A stretch of 64,000 nt of DNA from Candidatus Poribacteria bacterium. GTDB taxonomy: Bacteria; Poribacteria; WGA-4E; WGA-3G. This document shows, piece by piece, positions 50,426-60,593 of the stretch. A program made the position numbers and the translations under genes. A model generated the notes under the pieces. That model saw nothing but the letters and a program-made list of their open reading frames with translations. It was not told the DNA's origin and searched no databases. Each line of letters opens with the position of its first letter. The first letter of the stretch is position 1. Location of the stretch: assembly GCA_022828145.1 (NCBI GenBank), contig JAJEJA010000121.1:1968-65967 (forward strand). The letters run 5' to 3'.

Positions 50426-51214
50426 ATGAACACATCTATAGAAATATACAGTTTAGCAGACTACATCAACCAAATAGAATCAATAAGCGTTCCTGATAAA
50501 AGTTACTTGTATCGTGGTCAGGAAAATGAGACATGGCGTATAACAAGTAGTGCCTATCGTCGCCTACTAAGCAGTTCCGAGGAATTGGGAAGGGAAGATG
50601 AACTTCTGCCTTATCCGTTGCGTAATTTGTATCAGAGTTATCTTCTTGAGATTATTGATGAGATTAAACTGAGGTATCCATCTACATATAGAGACCTGTC
50701 CGCTTTAGAGTGCTTGGCGCATTTACAGCATAATCGCGTTGCTACAGGTTTAATTGATTTTACCTTTAGTCCGTTAGTCGGTCTTTGGTTTGCCTGCGCG
50801 GATGAAGAAATAAATGGCAAAGTTATTGTGTTGGAAAACAATAGTGAGAAAATTGAAGAAATAACAACTATTGAACAGCTTCAGCAGGACCTGGTCTTAT
50901 TTTTTCCAATTGATCAGGAAGATTGGTATTTATGGTCTCCAACATTGGACAGTCAGATAGTAGAAACACAACGACTGATTATGCAACAATCGGTGTTCCT
51001 ATTTGGTTTACCGGAGATAGACACAGAAATGATCACACATGAAATTACAATCCGTAGGGGTGACAAAGCAGATATCAGAACGGCGTTAGAAAAAATGGGA
51101 ATCTCGGAAAAGACCTTATTCTCCGACTTACTCGGTTTTTTTGAAAGAAATAGTGCTACACAACCTTATAATTTAACAGTCGACGCACTTGACATCAGAG
51201 GAATACTGTTATGA
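50426..51214 (+). CDS. FRG-domain protein
   Basis: The YLYRGQENETWRITSSAYRR segment matches the (F/Y)RGQ core of the FRG domain. Tentative. Confidence 0.45.
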   Translation: MNTSIEIYSLADYINQIESISVPDKSYLYRGQENETWRITSSAYRRLLSSSEELGREDELLPYPLRNLYQSYLLEIIDEIKLRYPSTYRDLSALECLAHLQHNRVATGLIDFTFSPLVGLWFACADEEINGKVIVLENNSEKIEEITTIEQLQQDLVLFFPIDQEDWYLWSPTLDSQIVETQRLIMQQSVFLFGLPEIDTEMITHEITIRRGDKADIRTALEKMGISEKTLFSDLLGFFERNSATQPYNLTVDALDIRGILL

Positions 51215-52473
51215 GCAACAAATTATCCAGCAAGGATAACCTCTTTTCGAAACATTCGCGACGCGGAAACCAGAGACTGTTTGCCAAAAAATACGACGAA
51301 GCCATTGAAGAATACAGTAGGGCAATAGAACTGAAACCCGATTACGCGCCTATCTATAGTATACGCGGCTACGCATATCGAATCAAAGGGGATTATGAAT
51401 CTGCGATCAAAGACAATAATAAACTGATAGAACTCACACCTGATAATGCTGATGCCTATTGTGATCGCGGGCTCACCTACAATAAGAAAAATGAATTCGC
51501 ACATGCCCTTCAGGACTTCAAAAAGGCGATAGAAATTAAACCAAATTCCGCTGATGCCTATAACGGTCGTGGCTTGACGTACCATCAGATGAATGAATTA
51601 GACCAAGCTCTTCAAGACTTCAACAAAGCAATAGAACTCAGACCCGATTTTGCCAAGGCGTATAACAATCGCAGCACGGTTTACAAAGATAAAGGTGATA
51701 TTGATAGAGCTCTTGAGGACACGAGTAAAGCATTAGAATTCCAACCTAATTTGGCGTACGCATATAATAATCGTGGAAACGCTTACGTTATGAAGGGGAT
51801 AACAAGCCTCGCTATTAAGGACTTTAACAAAGCGATACACCTAAGTCCGGAACTCGCCGAAGCCTATTGCAATCGCGGTGTTGCTTATGAACATAGTGGT
51901 GACCTTGAACGGGCAATCCAAGACTATACAAAAGCGATAGAACTTCAACCTGATTATGCAATAGCGTATAACAATCGAGGAGTGGTTCAAAACAAAAAAG
52001 ATGAGTTTGATCTTGCCATTAAAGACTTTGACACAGCAATACAGATCAAATCAGACTACGCTCACGCCTACGGTAATCGTGGTTACGCGTATTATACCAA
52101 AAGCGAATTTAACCAAGCCATTGTAGACTACAACAAAGCAATAGAACTCAAGCCAAACTTTGCCGAAGCATATAACTATCGTGGCCTTGTTTATTTAGTT
52201 GAAGGTGAGTTAGAACATGCCATCAACGACATGGATAAAGCAATTGAATCTAATCCCGATTATGTTGATGCATATTACAATCGCGGCGTGGTATGGTCAA
52301 AACTGCAGCAGTGGGAAAATGCCAGATTAGACCTCACTGTTGCGAGAATCATAGGAAAAAACAGCATCAACGCATTCCAGCCTATCAATAGAAACTTCGT
52401 AAATCTTAAACAAATCCCCGGTGTCAATCCTCCTGAAGACATTGCCGCACTGTTAATACCTCCGCAAGCATAA
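51211..52473 (+). CDS. TPR repeat protein (about 10 TPR units), translationally coupled (ATGA overlap) to the FRG-domain gene
   Basis: Regular AY.NRG.AY...(G/D)....AI.D..KAIEL.PD repeats. Confidence 0.85.
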   Translation: MSNKLSSKDNLFSKHSRRGNQRLFAKKYDEAIEEYSRAIELKPDYAPIYSIRGYAYRIKGDYESAIKDNNKLIELTPDNADAYCDRGLTYNKKNEFAHALQDFKKAIEIKPNSADAYNGRGLTYHQMNELDQALQDFNKAIELRPDFAKAYNNRSTVYKDKGDIDRALEDTSKALEFQPNLAYAYNNRGNAYVMKGITSLAIKDFNKAIHLSPELAEAYCNRGVAYEHSGDLERAIQDYTKAIELQPDYAIAYNNRGVVQNKKDEFDLAIKDFDTAIQIKSDYAHAYGNRGYAYYTKSEFNQAIVDYNKAIELKPNFAEAYNYRGLVYLVEGELEHAINDMDKAIESNPDYVDAYYNRGVVWSKLQQWENARLDLTVARIIGKNSINAFQPINRNFVNLKQIPGVNPPEDIAALLIPPQA

Positions 52474-52558
52474 TCCATAACGTGAGTTTGATAAATCAGA
52501 TTTTCCCAGACCTACTGGGTTTAGGCAAGTGATTTTTGGGCACAATGAAGTCCATACA

Positions 52559-53683
52559 TTACTTTTCCTCAATCGCTTCAACATTTGCACGCGGTAACGT
52601 TGTTTTTTCTCCGTTTTCGAATTCCACTTGAAGCACACGGACTTCTGCCTCTGTCTCCAATTTCTGTAGTTCGATGGGAAGGTCAGTTACGTGCCCTAAT
52701 CTACCAAAATGCGGTTCTCGGATAACTCTTACGGGACTGCCAATGTTTAGTATCCCTGCTAACACATCTGACTGTTGGTCTTCTGCTTCTGACACAAACG
52801 GTATGACAATTTCCGGACGGACAACCCCTGCACGTATCTGTGTTGCGCCGTTAATGGATGTCTTCATACCTTCACGTTCTTTCAAAAGCATAAACGTTCG
52901 ATCTGCCATAGCAATGCTGCCGAACCCTTCAGTGATGACCAACGTGATCCCAAGTTCTTCTGAACCTGTGATGGCTACACCGAGTTCATAGCCGAGGAGT
53001 TGTCGGAGGTCCGCGTCATCAATACCTCCTGCGATGATGCCATTTACACCGATGTCAATGCCTTTTTGAACAACATCTGTAGAAACAAGCGACCCAGCAA
53101 CCACAATCTTCCCTTTGTGCTCAGGTAATATCTGATTGACACCCAATGTATCGCTTGGAGAATTCACAGCGACAACGAGTTCACCTACAGTCTCTCCACC
53201 AACACCGAAGATTCCCTGCACATAAGTCCCATAAGTTTCTACTGTTACACCTTCATTGGGAATTGTCTCTGTAACGATTCCTTCAGTATATGCCTTGACT
53301 TCTACAGGGATAGGCGGTTCTCGGAGGATGACCTGTCCGGTTACGCCAGATATGGACTCAATCGTGCCAACTATTGGAGAACGTGCCTGTGATTTGAAGA
53401 GTCCGAACAGTCCTTTTGTCGTTGCGATGATTTCATTCTGTGAGACTGTTTCTCCCTCATGCTTGAGCATGTATTCTGCTATTTCCTCAGGTGGAACACT
53501 GAGTAGATTTGCAACGTTCAACAGCTGGACATTACCGGGTAGGTCTGCCTTTGCTACGACATCCTCAGCAGTTACTTTTGCACCAATTTCTACAAGAACT
53601 TCACCTTCAAGGGGAAGTTGCCGTTTTTTCTGAATTGTTGTTCCCTCTGTGACCTTAAGTCCGGGGGTATACGCGTGTGCCAT
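52559..53683 (-). CDS. Conserved hypothetical protein (374 aa) with an N-terminal beta-rich domain and a C-terminal Rossmann-like Gly-rich region
   Basis: MAHAYTPGLKVTEG...; GKIVVAGSLVSTDVV..GIDIGVNGIIAGGIDD. No confident family call. Confidence 0.4.
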   Translation of the reverse strand: MAHAYTPGLKVTEGTTIQKKRQLPLEGEVLVEIGAKVTAEDVVAKADLPGNVQLLNVANLLSVPPEEIAEYMLKHEGETVSQNEIIATTKGLFGLFKSQARSPIVGTIESISGVTGQVILREPPIPVEVKAYTEGIVTETIPNEGVTVETYGTYVQGIFGVGGETVGELVVAVNSPSDTLGVNQILPEHKGKIVVAGSLVSTDVVQKGIDIGVNGIIAGGIDDADLRQLLGYELGVAITGSEELGITLVITEGFGSIAMADRTFMLLKEREGMKTSINGATQIRAGVVRPEIVIPFVSEAEDQQSDVLAGILNIGSPVRVIREPHFGRLGHVTDLPIELQKLETEAEVRVLQVEFENGEKTTLPRANVEAIEEK

Positions 53684-53795
53684 ACTTCTGTTTTTTTATC
53701 CTATTGTTTTGAATTATTTGAGACGTCTACTTGCGACCTTACGGCACACGGAGTGTGCCTACTACTTTTAAGAGTATTGTTTACATCGGTACTTT

Positions 53796-54851
53796 TTAAT
53801 TTGAATTGTCATATCTTTTTAATTTCTGTCTTAATTCTGGATTTTCTACGACATCACGGTTGACAATATATGTGGGAAGTTTACCGGATGCTACGGCAAT
53901 GATGCTCTTACACGCACTCTTTCCGTTATCAGCAAAACACTCATCTGTCCAGCAGATACTGTGCGGTGTGACAATCACATTATCTAAACTGAGCAAAGGA
54001 TCGTCATCGTCAATCGGTTCATTCTCAAAAACATCAAGACCCGCTCCCTGTATCTGTTGATTTTGCAGCGCAACTGTGAGTGCCTTCTGATTGACAATAG
54101 GACCGCGTGCAGTATTGATAAGGTATGCTGTCTTTTTCATCATCCCGATATACTTCTTATCAATAAGACCGCGCGTCTGGTCGTTTAATGGACAACAGAT
54201 ACAGACGAAATCAGCAGTTCGCATTAGCGTTTCTAAATCGACAAGTGTTGCGTCTACCTCTTTTGCTTCATCAGGTGAAACATAAGGATCGTAAGTAATG
54301 TGCTTCATGCCGAAGGGTTTTGCAAGTTTGAATGCCTCTTTACCGATGTTACCCATCCCAACGAGACCGAGTGTTCTACCGACTAACCCCATTCCCATGT
54401 AATCTTGCTTGTCCTCCCATCTACCTGAGCGGGTCAGTCTGTCCTTGATGACGAGCTGATGACTTAAGGATAAGACGAATGTCAGGATAGATGTTGCGAC
54501 TGGTCGGCGAACACCATCGGGCGCGATTGTGAGTAAGACCCCGTTGTCAGTGCATGCCTTGACATCTACTCTGTCGTATCCGACTCCGAATCTGGCAACG
54601 ATTGTTAACCTATCATTTCCAGCAATGGTGTCAGTAGTGATTGCAGTACCTAATACTAACAGTGCATCATAATCTTTCACCTGTGATAGTGACAATTCTG
54701 GTGTGTTTTCTGCGATATATTCCCATGCAATCCCAACTTCATTGAACAGAGGTCCGGCAATACTATCCAAATCTGAACTGCCATCAGGTTTAATGAAATC
54801 TCGCGTTATACCAACACGAAATGCCCCAACACGTAATGTGTTATTGTTCAT
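53796..54851 (-). CDS. D-isomer-specific 2-hydroxyacid dehydrogenase family protein (NAD-binding)
   Basis: GxGxxG NAD-binding fingerprint (LVGMGNIGKEAFKLAKPFGMKHITYD) and the family catalytic region with conserved R, E and H (LINTARGPIVNQKAL...GAGLDVFE.EP......HSICWT). Confidence 0.85.
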   Translation of the reverse strand: MNNNTLRVGAFRVGITRDFIKPDGSSDLDSIAGPLFNEVGIAWEYIAENTPELSLSQVKDYDALLVLGTAITTDTIAGNDRLTIVARFGVGYDRVDVKACTDNGVLLTIAPDGVRRPVATSILTFVLSLSHQLVIKDRLTRSGRWEDKQDYMGMGLVGRTLGLVGMGNIGKEAFKLAKPFGMKHITYDPYVSPDEAKEVDATLVDLETLMRTADFVCICCPLNDQTRGLIDKKYIGMMKKTAYLINTARGPIVNQKALTVALQNQQIQGAGLDVFENEPIDDDDPLLSLDNVIVTPHSICWTDECFADNGKSACKSIIAVASGKLPTYIVNRDVVENPELRQKLKRYDNSN

Positions 54852-54883
54852 TTACGTTTTCCCATTCAATCATTTACCTTATG

Positions 54884-56569
54884 CTACTCTGGTTCAAGTG
54901 AAACGGTTCGGAAATACTTCCAATTGAGCGGTTGAAGTCTTAGGTTCTTCACCATCTTATTGATTACCAGAACCTGTTTTGCATGTGCTAATGGCACCCA
55001 CGGCACATCTTTATGAAATATTCTTTGTGCTTCTTTGTATAGAGAATCACGTTCATCTTTGTCTGAAGTTGCTCTCGCTTTTTCTAACACGTTCTGCATG
55101 TCGTCACTGCGATAGAATGCGATATTTCCAGCAGGTTTTTCTGCTGATGATTTACTTAAGAGAAAATAGAAGAAGTTATCAGGATCACCGAGATCAGCAC
55201 TCCACCCTAACATTGCCATATCGTGTTCACCATTCTTAGTCTTCTCAAGATACGTTCCCCAATCGTAAGTAAGGATTTTTGTCTCAATCCCTATTTTTCT
55301 CAGGTCTGACTGGATGACTTCTGCCAGTGCACGTCCATCAGGGATATATGGACGGGGAACAGGAAGTGCCCACAAAGTTGTCTCAAAACCGTTAGGAAAG
55401 CCAGCTTCCTCAAGTAGTTTTTTTGCTAATTCTGGATTGTATGCGTAATCCTGAATCGTATCGTCATAACTCCATAGTGTCGGTGGAATCGGGTTCTTTG
55501 CCGGCATACCGAGTCCTTGATATAAATGCTTAATAATCGTAGTTTTGTCAATAGCGTGGTTTATGGCAAGCCGGACTTTCTGATTATCCAACGGTGGTTT
55601 CTCAAAGTTCATTGCCAAATAGCCGATATTCATACCCGGTTGTGTTAGTAACTGAAGCGAATCATCCTGTTCAATCTGCTGCAAATCATCCGGATTTGGG
55701 AATTCCATTGCATGCAGACCCCCTTGTTGAAGTTCAATAAGTCTCACAGCGTTATCCGGAATAGAACGAAAAACAACTCTGTCTAAGTTGGGACGTCCAC
55801 CCCAATAGTCATCGTTAGCGAGGAGGACGATTTTATCCTTCTTATCCCATCGCGAAAACTTGAAGGGACCTGTACCAACAGGGTTGTTAAAATACGCATC
55901 TCCATATTCCTTTACGGCAGTCGGACTGACGATGGAGAAGGGTGTTATTGCTATCGTATAAATGAAAGGTGCATAAGCAGTCTTAAGCGTAATTTGAATG
56001 GTAAAGTCATCAATAGCGGTAATCTTATCAACGATCTCTGCTAATCCTGTCGCCACCCAGTATACATAACTTCCACTCACATTATGAAAAGGATGTGTTT
56101 TATCATGTTGTCTATTGAGAGAAAAGAGCACAGCATCAGCATTGAATGGTGTTCCATCATGGAATTTAACACCTTTGCGTAGAAAGAATGTCCATGTAAG
56201 TCCATCATCTGAGCTTTCCCATTTTTCTGCCAGTCCGGGTTCAAGATCAGTACTGCCATCTTTGTATTGGACGAGAGTGTCGTAAATGTTATCGCACACC
56301 TTGAATGATTCCCCATCTTCTTCAAGTGCAGGGTCTAACCCAACAGAATCTCCGCCACGACCAAAGATGAACGTACCACCTTTAGCATGTGAATCTGCAT
56401 CTGCTGTAGAAGGGAAAGAGACTAAAAGAAATGCAAGAAAAGTTGTCTGAATAAACAACAGTGGAAGGACTGATAATATCTGTGGGACAATACCGGTATC
56501 TCTGTCGTGATGTTTGTGAAAAAGCCCAACAAACCCCATTTTCTGTTCCTGAGTCATAAATATCTCCAA
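54884..56569 (-). CDS. ABC transporter substrate-binding protein, family 5 (peptide/nickel/opine, DppA/OppA-like)
   Basis: N-terminal signal/anchor. Classic SBP_bac_5 N-terminal pattern GGTFIFGRGGDSVGLDP......DNIYDTLVQY......PGLAEKWE.S.DGLTWTF.LRKGVKFHDGTPFNA.AV.FSL. Confidence 0.85.
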   Translation of the reverse strand: MEIFMTQEQKMGFVGLFHKHHDRDTGIVPQILSVLPLLFIQTTFLAFLLVSFPSTADADSHAKGGTFIFGRGGDSVGLDPALEEDGESFKVCDNIYDTLVQYKDGSTDLEPGLAEKWESSDDGLTWTFFLRKGVKFHDGTPFNADAVLFSLNRQHDKTHPFHNVSGSYVYWVATGLAEIVDKITAIDDFTIQITLKTAYAPFIYTIAITPFSIVSPTAVKEYGDAYFNNPVGTGPFKFSRWDKKDKIVLLANDDYWGGRPNLDRVVFRSIPDNAVRLIELQQGGLHAMEFPNPDDLQQIEQDDSLQLLTQPGMNIGYLAMNFEKPPLDNQKVRLAINHAIDKTTIIKHLYQGLGMPAKNPIPPTLWSYDDTIQDYAYNPELAKKLLEEAGFPNGFETTLWALPVPRPYIPDGRALAEVIQSDLRKIGIETKILTYDWGTYLEKTKNGEHDMAMLGWSADLGDPDNFFYFLLSKSSAEKPAGNIAFYRSDDMQNVLEKARATSDKDERDSLYKEAQRIFHKDVPWVPLAHAKQVLVINKMVKNLRLQPLNWKYFRTVSLEPE

Positions 56570-56851
56570 AATTCTAAATGATATGTTTCATGATATATTC
56601 TTTTCTTAGAGATGTCAAGAAAAATGCTATCTCTGTGTAATTCGTGATGCAGAAAGTGAAGTAACAAGAACTTTACACACCCGTAATCTGCTTTTAACTT
56701 GAAGTGTCTCTAAAATAATTCTATAATGTAACAGCAATTACGCATTCCCAGGGTAGGTACGGTTTCTAACCGTACCCATAGGCGTCAATTTTAGAAAAAG
56801 TCTGGATTATTGTGAACACCTCTAAGGGGGCATGATTATTGAGGTTGTCCA

Positions 56852-56934
56852 CTCTTTAGTCCCGTAGGGACGATATGTTTATAGATCGCGTATATCCACG
56901 GCCTCTTTAGTCCCGTAGGGACGATATGTTTATA
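56852..56934. repeat. Two 32-bp direct repeats (ctctttagtcccgtagggacgatatgtttata) with a 51-bp period, followed by a partial inverted copy (aacatatcgtc) at about 56950-56960
   Basis: Exact repeat read in the sequence. Intergenic position between divergent genes. Confidence 0.5.
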
Positions 56935-57102
56935 AATACCGTCGCATAACATATCGTCACTGATGAAGTTAAAGAAGATATTTGGGTAATTTGGCGAGGT
57001 TAGGAAACCTCGCCAGCAGAGTGTTGTACCTTCATTATGCAAACAAGAAATTACCCGTTTAATTATTTAAACTTCATAAGGCATTCATAACGTTGATTTA
57101 TA

Positions 57103-57169
57103 GGTAGAGCGAAGCGAAACCCGACAGGATAGACATATCAATACGTGTCGGGTTTCGCTTCGCTCTACC
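57103..57169. repeat. Perfect 24-bp inverted repeat (ggtagagcgaagcgaaacccgaca ... tgtcgggtttcgcttcgctctacc) with a 19-nt loop. A very stable hairpin or protein-binding palindrome.
   Basis: Read directly. It lies in the divergent promoter region between the SBP gene and the MBL-fold gene. There is no adjacent U-tract in a position to make it a terminator for either flanking gene. Confidence 0.6.
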
Positions 57170-57257
57170 CGACCTACAATATAGTACCTGACATAGCATT
57201 AATTTTTGTAGACACTTATATTGAGAAATATCAGATAAAGGAAATCATAAGGATAAT

Positions 57258-58760
57258 ATGGAGTATGTTTTCTTAGGCGGGGCTGGTGAAGTCGGTGCGT
57301 CCTGCCTACTCGTTTCTGTCGCAAACCGACATATACTGTTCGACTGTGGGATACGTGTTAATCAAACAGGTGACGACGCTTTACCAGATATTGAGCTGCT
57401 CAAGCAACGTGTGTCATCACTTGATGCTATCTTCGTATCACACGCACACGCTGATCACATAGGTGCATTACCTCACATACACACAGCATTTCCACAAACT
57501 CCGATCTATACAACAGAACCCACACAAAGCATCTCCGTGGTCATGCTTGCCGATGCTGTGCGTCTACAAACAAGAGAAGAGAATGAGGATGCAATACCCC
57601 TTTTCACACAAGAAACAGTTGATGTCACTATTGAAAAAATGCAGATACTGAAGAACAGTGAATGGATTGACTTATGGGAAGGTTGGCGTGTAAAAATGAT
57701 CCGTTCTGGACATGTACTCGGCGCGGTGAGTATCTTACTTGATACGCCAGAAGGCACTTACCTCTACGGTGGAGACATCTCTACATTTAATCAGAAAACT
57801 ATTGACGGGCTTGCACAAGACGAAATTACCGGTATACAACCCGACTTTATGTGGAGTGAAGCAACTTATGGCGATGGAAACCATCCAGCACGCAGTACCG
57901 AAGAAAAGAAACTCGCTGAATCTGTCGCAGCTGTCGTTGAAAACGGTGGTTCTGTTCTCATACCAAGCTTTGCACTCGGACGCGCACAGGAGATCATCCT
58001 CATACTCAGAGACGCAATGATTAGCAAGAATATTCCGGTGTTTCCTGTCATCACAGACGGACTTGTCAACTCTATCTGTTCGGTATACGAAACGCTCACA
58101 TCTCACCTTGGGACAAGACTACAAAAATTTCTCAAAAACTCAAGGCAACCGTTGTTCTACTACAAAAACTTCCAAAAGGCAAGAATGGGTGAACAAGAGA
58201 TAATCTGTGCGGATGGTGTACCTCGATGTATTATCGCAAGCTCAGGGATGCTCACAGGCGGTGCTTCAGTGGTTTACGCGAAAGCATTGGCTGCTAACGA
58301 AATGAACGCTATCTTCTTGTCAGGATATCAGGATGCAGAATCCCCAGGGAGACGACTACAGGAACTCACACAAGGTGATACACTCACCTTCGCTGATGGC
58401 ACCAGTGTGGATGTGAACTGTCAAGTTGAAAGATTTAGTCTATCAGCTCACAGTGATCAAGAACAGCTGCTCTCGGTCATAAAACAGGTAGACCCAAAAG
58501 CACTTGCTCTCGTTCACGGTGAACAAAACGCACTATCTGCATTGCACGAAAAGATATGTAAAGATTATACAGTAAGTTGTCCTGCAAATGGGGAAATATG
58601 TGAGAGGACAGCTGAACCAAAATTTGCGGTTCAGATCACAGACACCGGCGTTGTGATGGATGGGGATATTATCAACTCAAAACTGTGGACAGACTTTGCA
58701 GAAGGGAAACATCAGGCAGTACTGAAAGACGGAGAACTCATTATTCGCAAAGCTGAGTAA
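57258..58760 (+). CDS. Metallo-beta-lactamase-fold hydrolase of the beta-CASP type (RNase J / CPSF-like ribonuclease)
   Basis: HxHxDH motif (VSHAHADHIGALP) near the N-terminus, about 500 aa, and a late SAHSD motif (LSAHSDQEQL) typical of beta-CASP motif C. Confidence 0.7.
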   Translation: MEYVFLGGAGEVGASCLLVSVANRHILFDCGIRVNQTGDDALPDIELLKQRVSSLDAIFVSHAHADHIGALPHIHTAFPQTPIYTTEPTQSISVVMLADAVRLQTREENEDAIPLFTQETVDVTIEKMQILKNSEWIDLWEGWRVKMIRSGHVLGAVSILLDTPEGTYLYGGDISTFNQKTIDGLAQDEITGIQPDFMWSEATYGDGNHPARSTEEKKLAESVAAVVENGGSVLIPSFALGRAQEIILILRDAMISKNIPVFPVITDGLVNSICSVYETLTSHLGTRLQKFLKNSRQPLFYYKNFQKARMGEQEIICADGVPRCIIASSGMLTGGASVVYAKALAANEMNAIFLSGYQDAESPGRRLQELTQGDTLTFADGTSVDVNCQVERFSLSAHSDQEQLLSVIKQVDPKALALVHGEQNALSALHEKICKDYTVSCPANGEICERTAEPKFAVQITDTGVVMDGDIINSKLWTDFAEGKHQAVLKDGELIIRKAE

Positions 58761-58798
58761 CTACAACTATTTTCCATTCCTTAATAAGGAGAGAACTT

Positions 58799-59950
58799 AT
58801 GAAAACATACCGAATTGCTATTTTGGGATGTAGAGGACGTGGTACAGCGGCTGCACGGGCATATCACGCACATCCCAGAACAGAAATCGTTGGACTCTGC
58901 GACCTAATTCATGAACGATACAACGCATTGGGTAAAGAACTCAATGTCTCTGCACGATTCACCGACCTTGATGAGATGATTCGGCAGACTTCACCTGACA
59001 TCGTTGCAATTCCTACAGCAACAGAATTACACTACGATTTATGTATGCGTGTTTTGGAACACGGTGTCCATATTGAAGTAGAAAAACCGATGTGTGTTGA
59101 TCTTGTGGAAGCAGATGCTGTCATCGCAAAAGCTGAAGACAAGGGTGTACAGGTTGCTGTACATCATCAAGGGAGAGTCGGTGCGGCGATGCAAGCGATT
59201 GCAAACGCTTACAATGCCGGAAAGATCGGCAACTTGCGATATATCTATGGTAGTGGTAAAGGCTATTACGGTGGATATGGCTTGATGAACATCGGCACAC
59301 ACATGCTCAACAACATGCTTCATTTCGGGAGAAGTTGTAAAAGTGTTGTTGCACATCTGACAACAGGAGGAAAACCGATTACACCTGAAGACGTTGTCCC
59401 ATCACCAAGCGGTATGGGGACCATTGCTGGTGAATATATCACCGCAACAATGCAGTTTGAAGACAACGTTACTGGTACACTATTACAACACCGTTTTGGT
59501 AAAATGGATACAAACGCCTATACTATGGAACTGTTTGGAACTGAAGGAAGGCTCTTCTGGAAATTGGGTGGTGCATATTATTTACCAACGCCACACTATC
59601 TACCAGATGGCAACAATGACAAATGGGAATCGTTAGCGTTAATATATCCTGATCATTACAACCCGAAAAGCAGTGCAGATGAAATGGATTACTGGTTTGT
59701 TGAGGATTATGTCAATGCCTTGGATGAAGGCAGACCCCATGTGTGTAGTGGTGATGAGGGAAGACATGTTATTGAAATGATGATGGGCATTTTTGAATCT
59801 GCTGCTTATGGAAAGCGGGTGGATTTACCCCAGACTGATAGGACACATCCGTTGCTACGGTGGCGTGAGGAGTCAGGATTACCTTCTCCCGCTGAAATGC
59901 CACGCGGATACGGTGAATGGTTAAATCTGGAAAAAAAACGTATCAGTTGA
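58799..59950 (+). CDS. Gfo/Idh/MocA-family NAD(P)-dependent oxidoreductase
   Basis: N-terminal Rossmann IAILGCRGRGTAAARAY, plus the characteristic EKP motif (IEVEKPM). Confidence 0.8.
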   Translation: MKTYRIAILGCRGRGTAAARAYHAHPRTEIVGLCDLIHERYNALGKELNVSARFTDLDEMIRQTSPDIVAIPTATELHYDLCMRVLEHGVHIEVEKPMCVDLVEADAVIAKAEDKGVQVAVHHQGRVGAAMQAIANAYNAGKIGNLRYIYGSGKGYYGGYGLMNIGTHMLNNMLHFGRSCKSVVAHLTTGGKPITPEDVVPSPSGMGTIAGEYITATMQFEDNVTGTLLQHRFGKMDTNAYTMELFGTEGRLFWKLGGAYYLPTPHYLPDGNNDKWESLALIYPDHYNPKSSADEMDYWFVEDYVNALDEGRPHVCSGDEGRHVIEMMMGIFESAAYGKRVDLPQTDRTHPLLRWREESGLPSPAEMPRGYGEWLNLEKKRIS

Positions 59951-59982
59951 CTCTGACGTATGAGCTATTGATTGGTTAGAAC

Positions 59983-60318
59983 CTAATTCACAGGGGAGAG
60001 ATGCTTTGCTTGTGTATCTTCAATTACCAGACGATTCTTATGCGTGTTCAACAGAGATCTGAACGTATCTAATAATTGTGTAGCATCCTCATTAGAGAGC
60101 ATATTTGAAAGGGTTTCAGCATCAATACCCGTTTTATTAGACAGTTCAGAAACTCCCCCTTGTGATGCTATAAAAGTCTTGAGGCATTTTAGAAAGAAGG
60201 GGAGATCATCATCAACAAGGTATTCCTCCAATGTCAACTGAAGATAATCAATCGCTGCCTCGCGGTCAGTGGCAAGATATTCAATAAAGTACTCATTCCA
60301 GTTTCCCATCTCTCTCAT
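59983..60318 (-). CDS. Addiction-module antidote protein (HI1420/HigA-like HTH antitoxin family)
   Basis: 111 aa. DREAAIDYLQLTLEEYLVDDDLPFFLKCLKTFIASQGGVSELSNKTGIDAETLSNML matches the 'probable addiction module antidote' family pattern (...ALRDVAEARGGMSKLAEETGLSRESLYKALS). AAGGAG RBS. The ATGA overlaps the toxin-remnant stop. Confidence 0.7.
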   Translation of the reverse strand: MREMGNWNEYFIEYLATDREAAIDYLQLTLEEYLVDDDLPFFLKCLKTFIASQGGVSELSNKTGIDAETLSNMLSNEDATQLLDTFRSLLNTHKNRLVIEDTQAKHLSPVN

Positions 60319-60593
60319 TGTCGTGTCTCCTTATATTCTATCAAATATGATTTAGCAGATTCAATATCCTGTTGTTGTGAGGTTTTGTCCCCGCCACAAA
60401 GTAAAAGAATTAGTCTGTTACTGATTTAACCAAAATAGATGCGATATCCTGGTTCAAAGTGGAGACGCAATTCAAAAACACCTTCACCCACAGATTGGCA
60501 ATCACCAAAATTGCCATCTTCAAGCCGTTTAAGTCGTCTTTCTACTCTGAATTCGCAAACTTGCTCTTCAAAATCAGAACGCTTTATTTGTCG
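60315..60593 (-). pseudogene. Disrupted HI1419/RelE-ParE-like 'addiction module killer' toxin. The N-terminal part is fused in frame to the upstream 429-aa ORF. An in-frame TAA at 60426-60428 is followed by an in-frame C-terminal remnant (ISNRLILLLCGGDKTSQQQDIESAKSYLIEYKETRQ*).
   Basis: The upstream part [36 protein letters not shown] and the post-stop LILLLCGGDKTSQQQDI together reproduce the killer-family consensus (...RLELGNFGD.KPVGEGVSELRI..GPGYRVYF...ILLLCGGDKSSQ..DI..AK). A single TAA separates the two parts. There is no plausible Met start. Confidence 0.55.

Noticed and set aside
56852-56934. Two 32-bp direct repeats, considered as CRISPR
   Set aside because: The spacer would be only about 19 bp, there are only two units, and a partial inverted copy follows. 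This is more consistent with a regulatory or repeat element.
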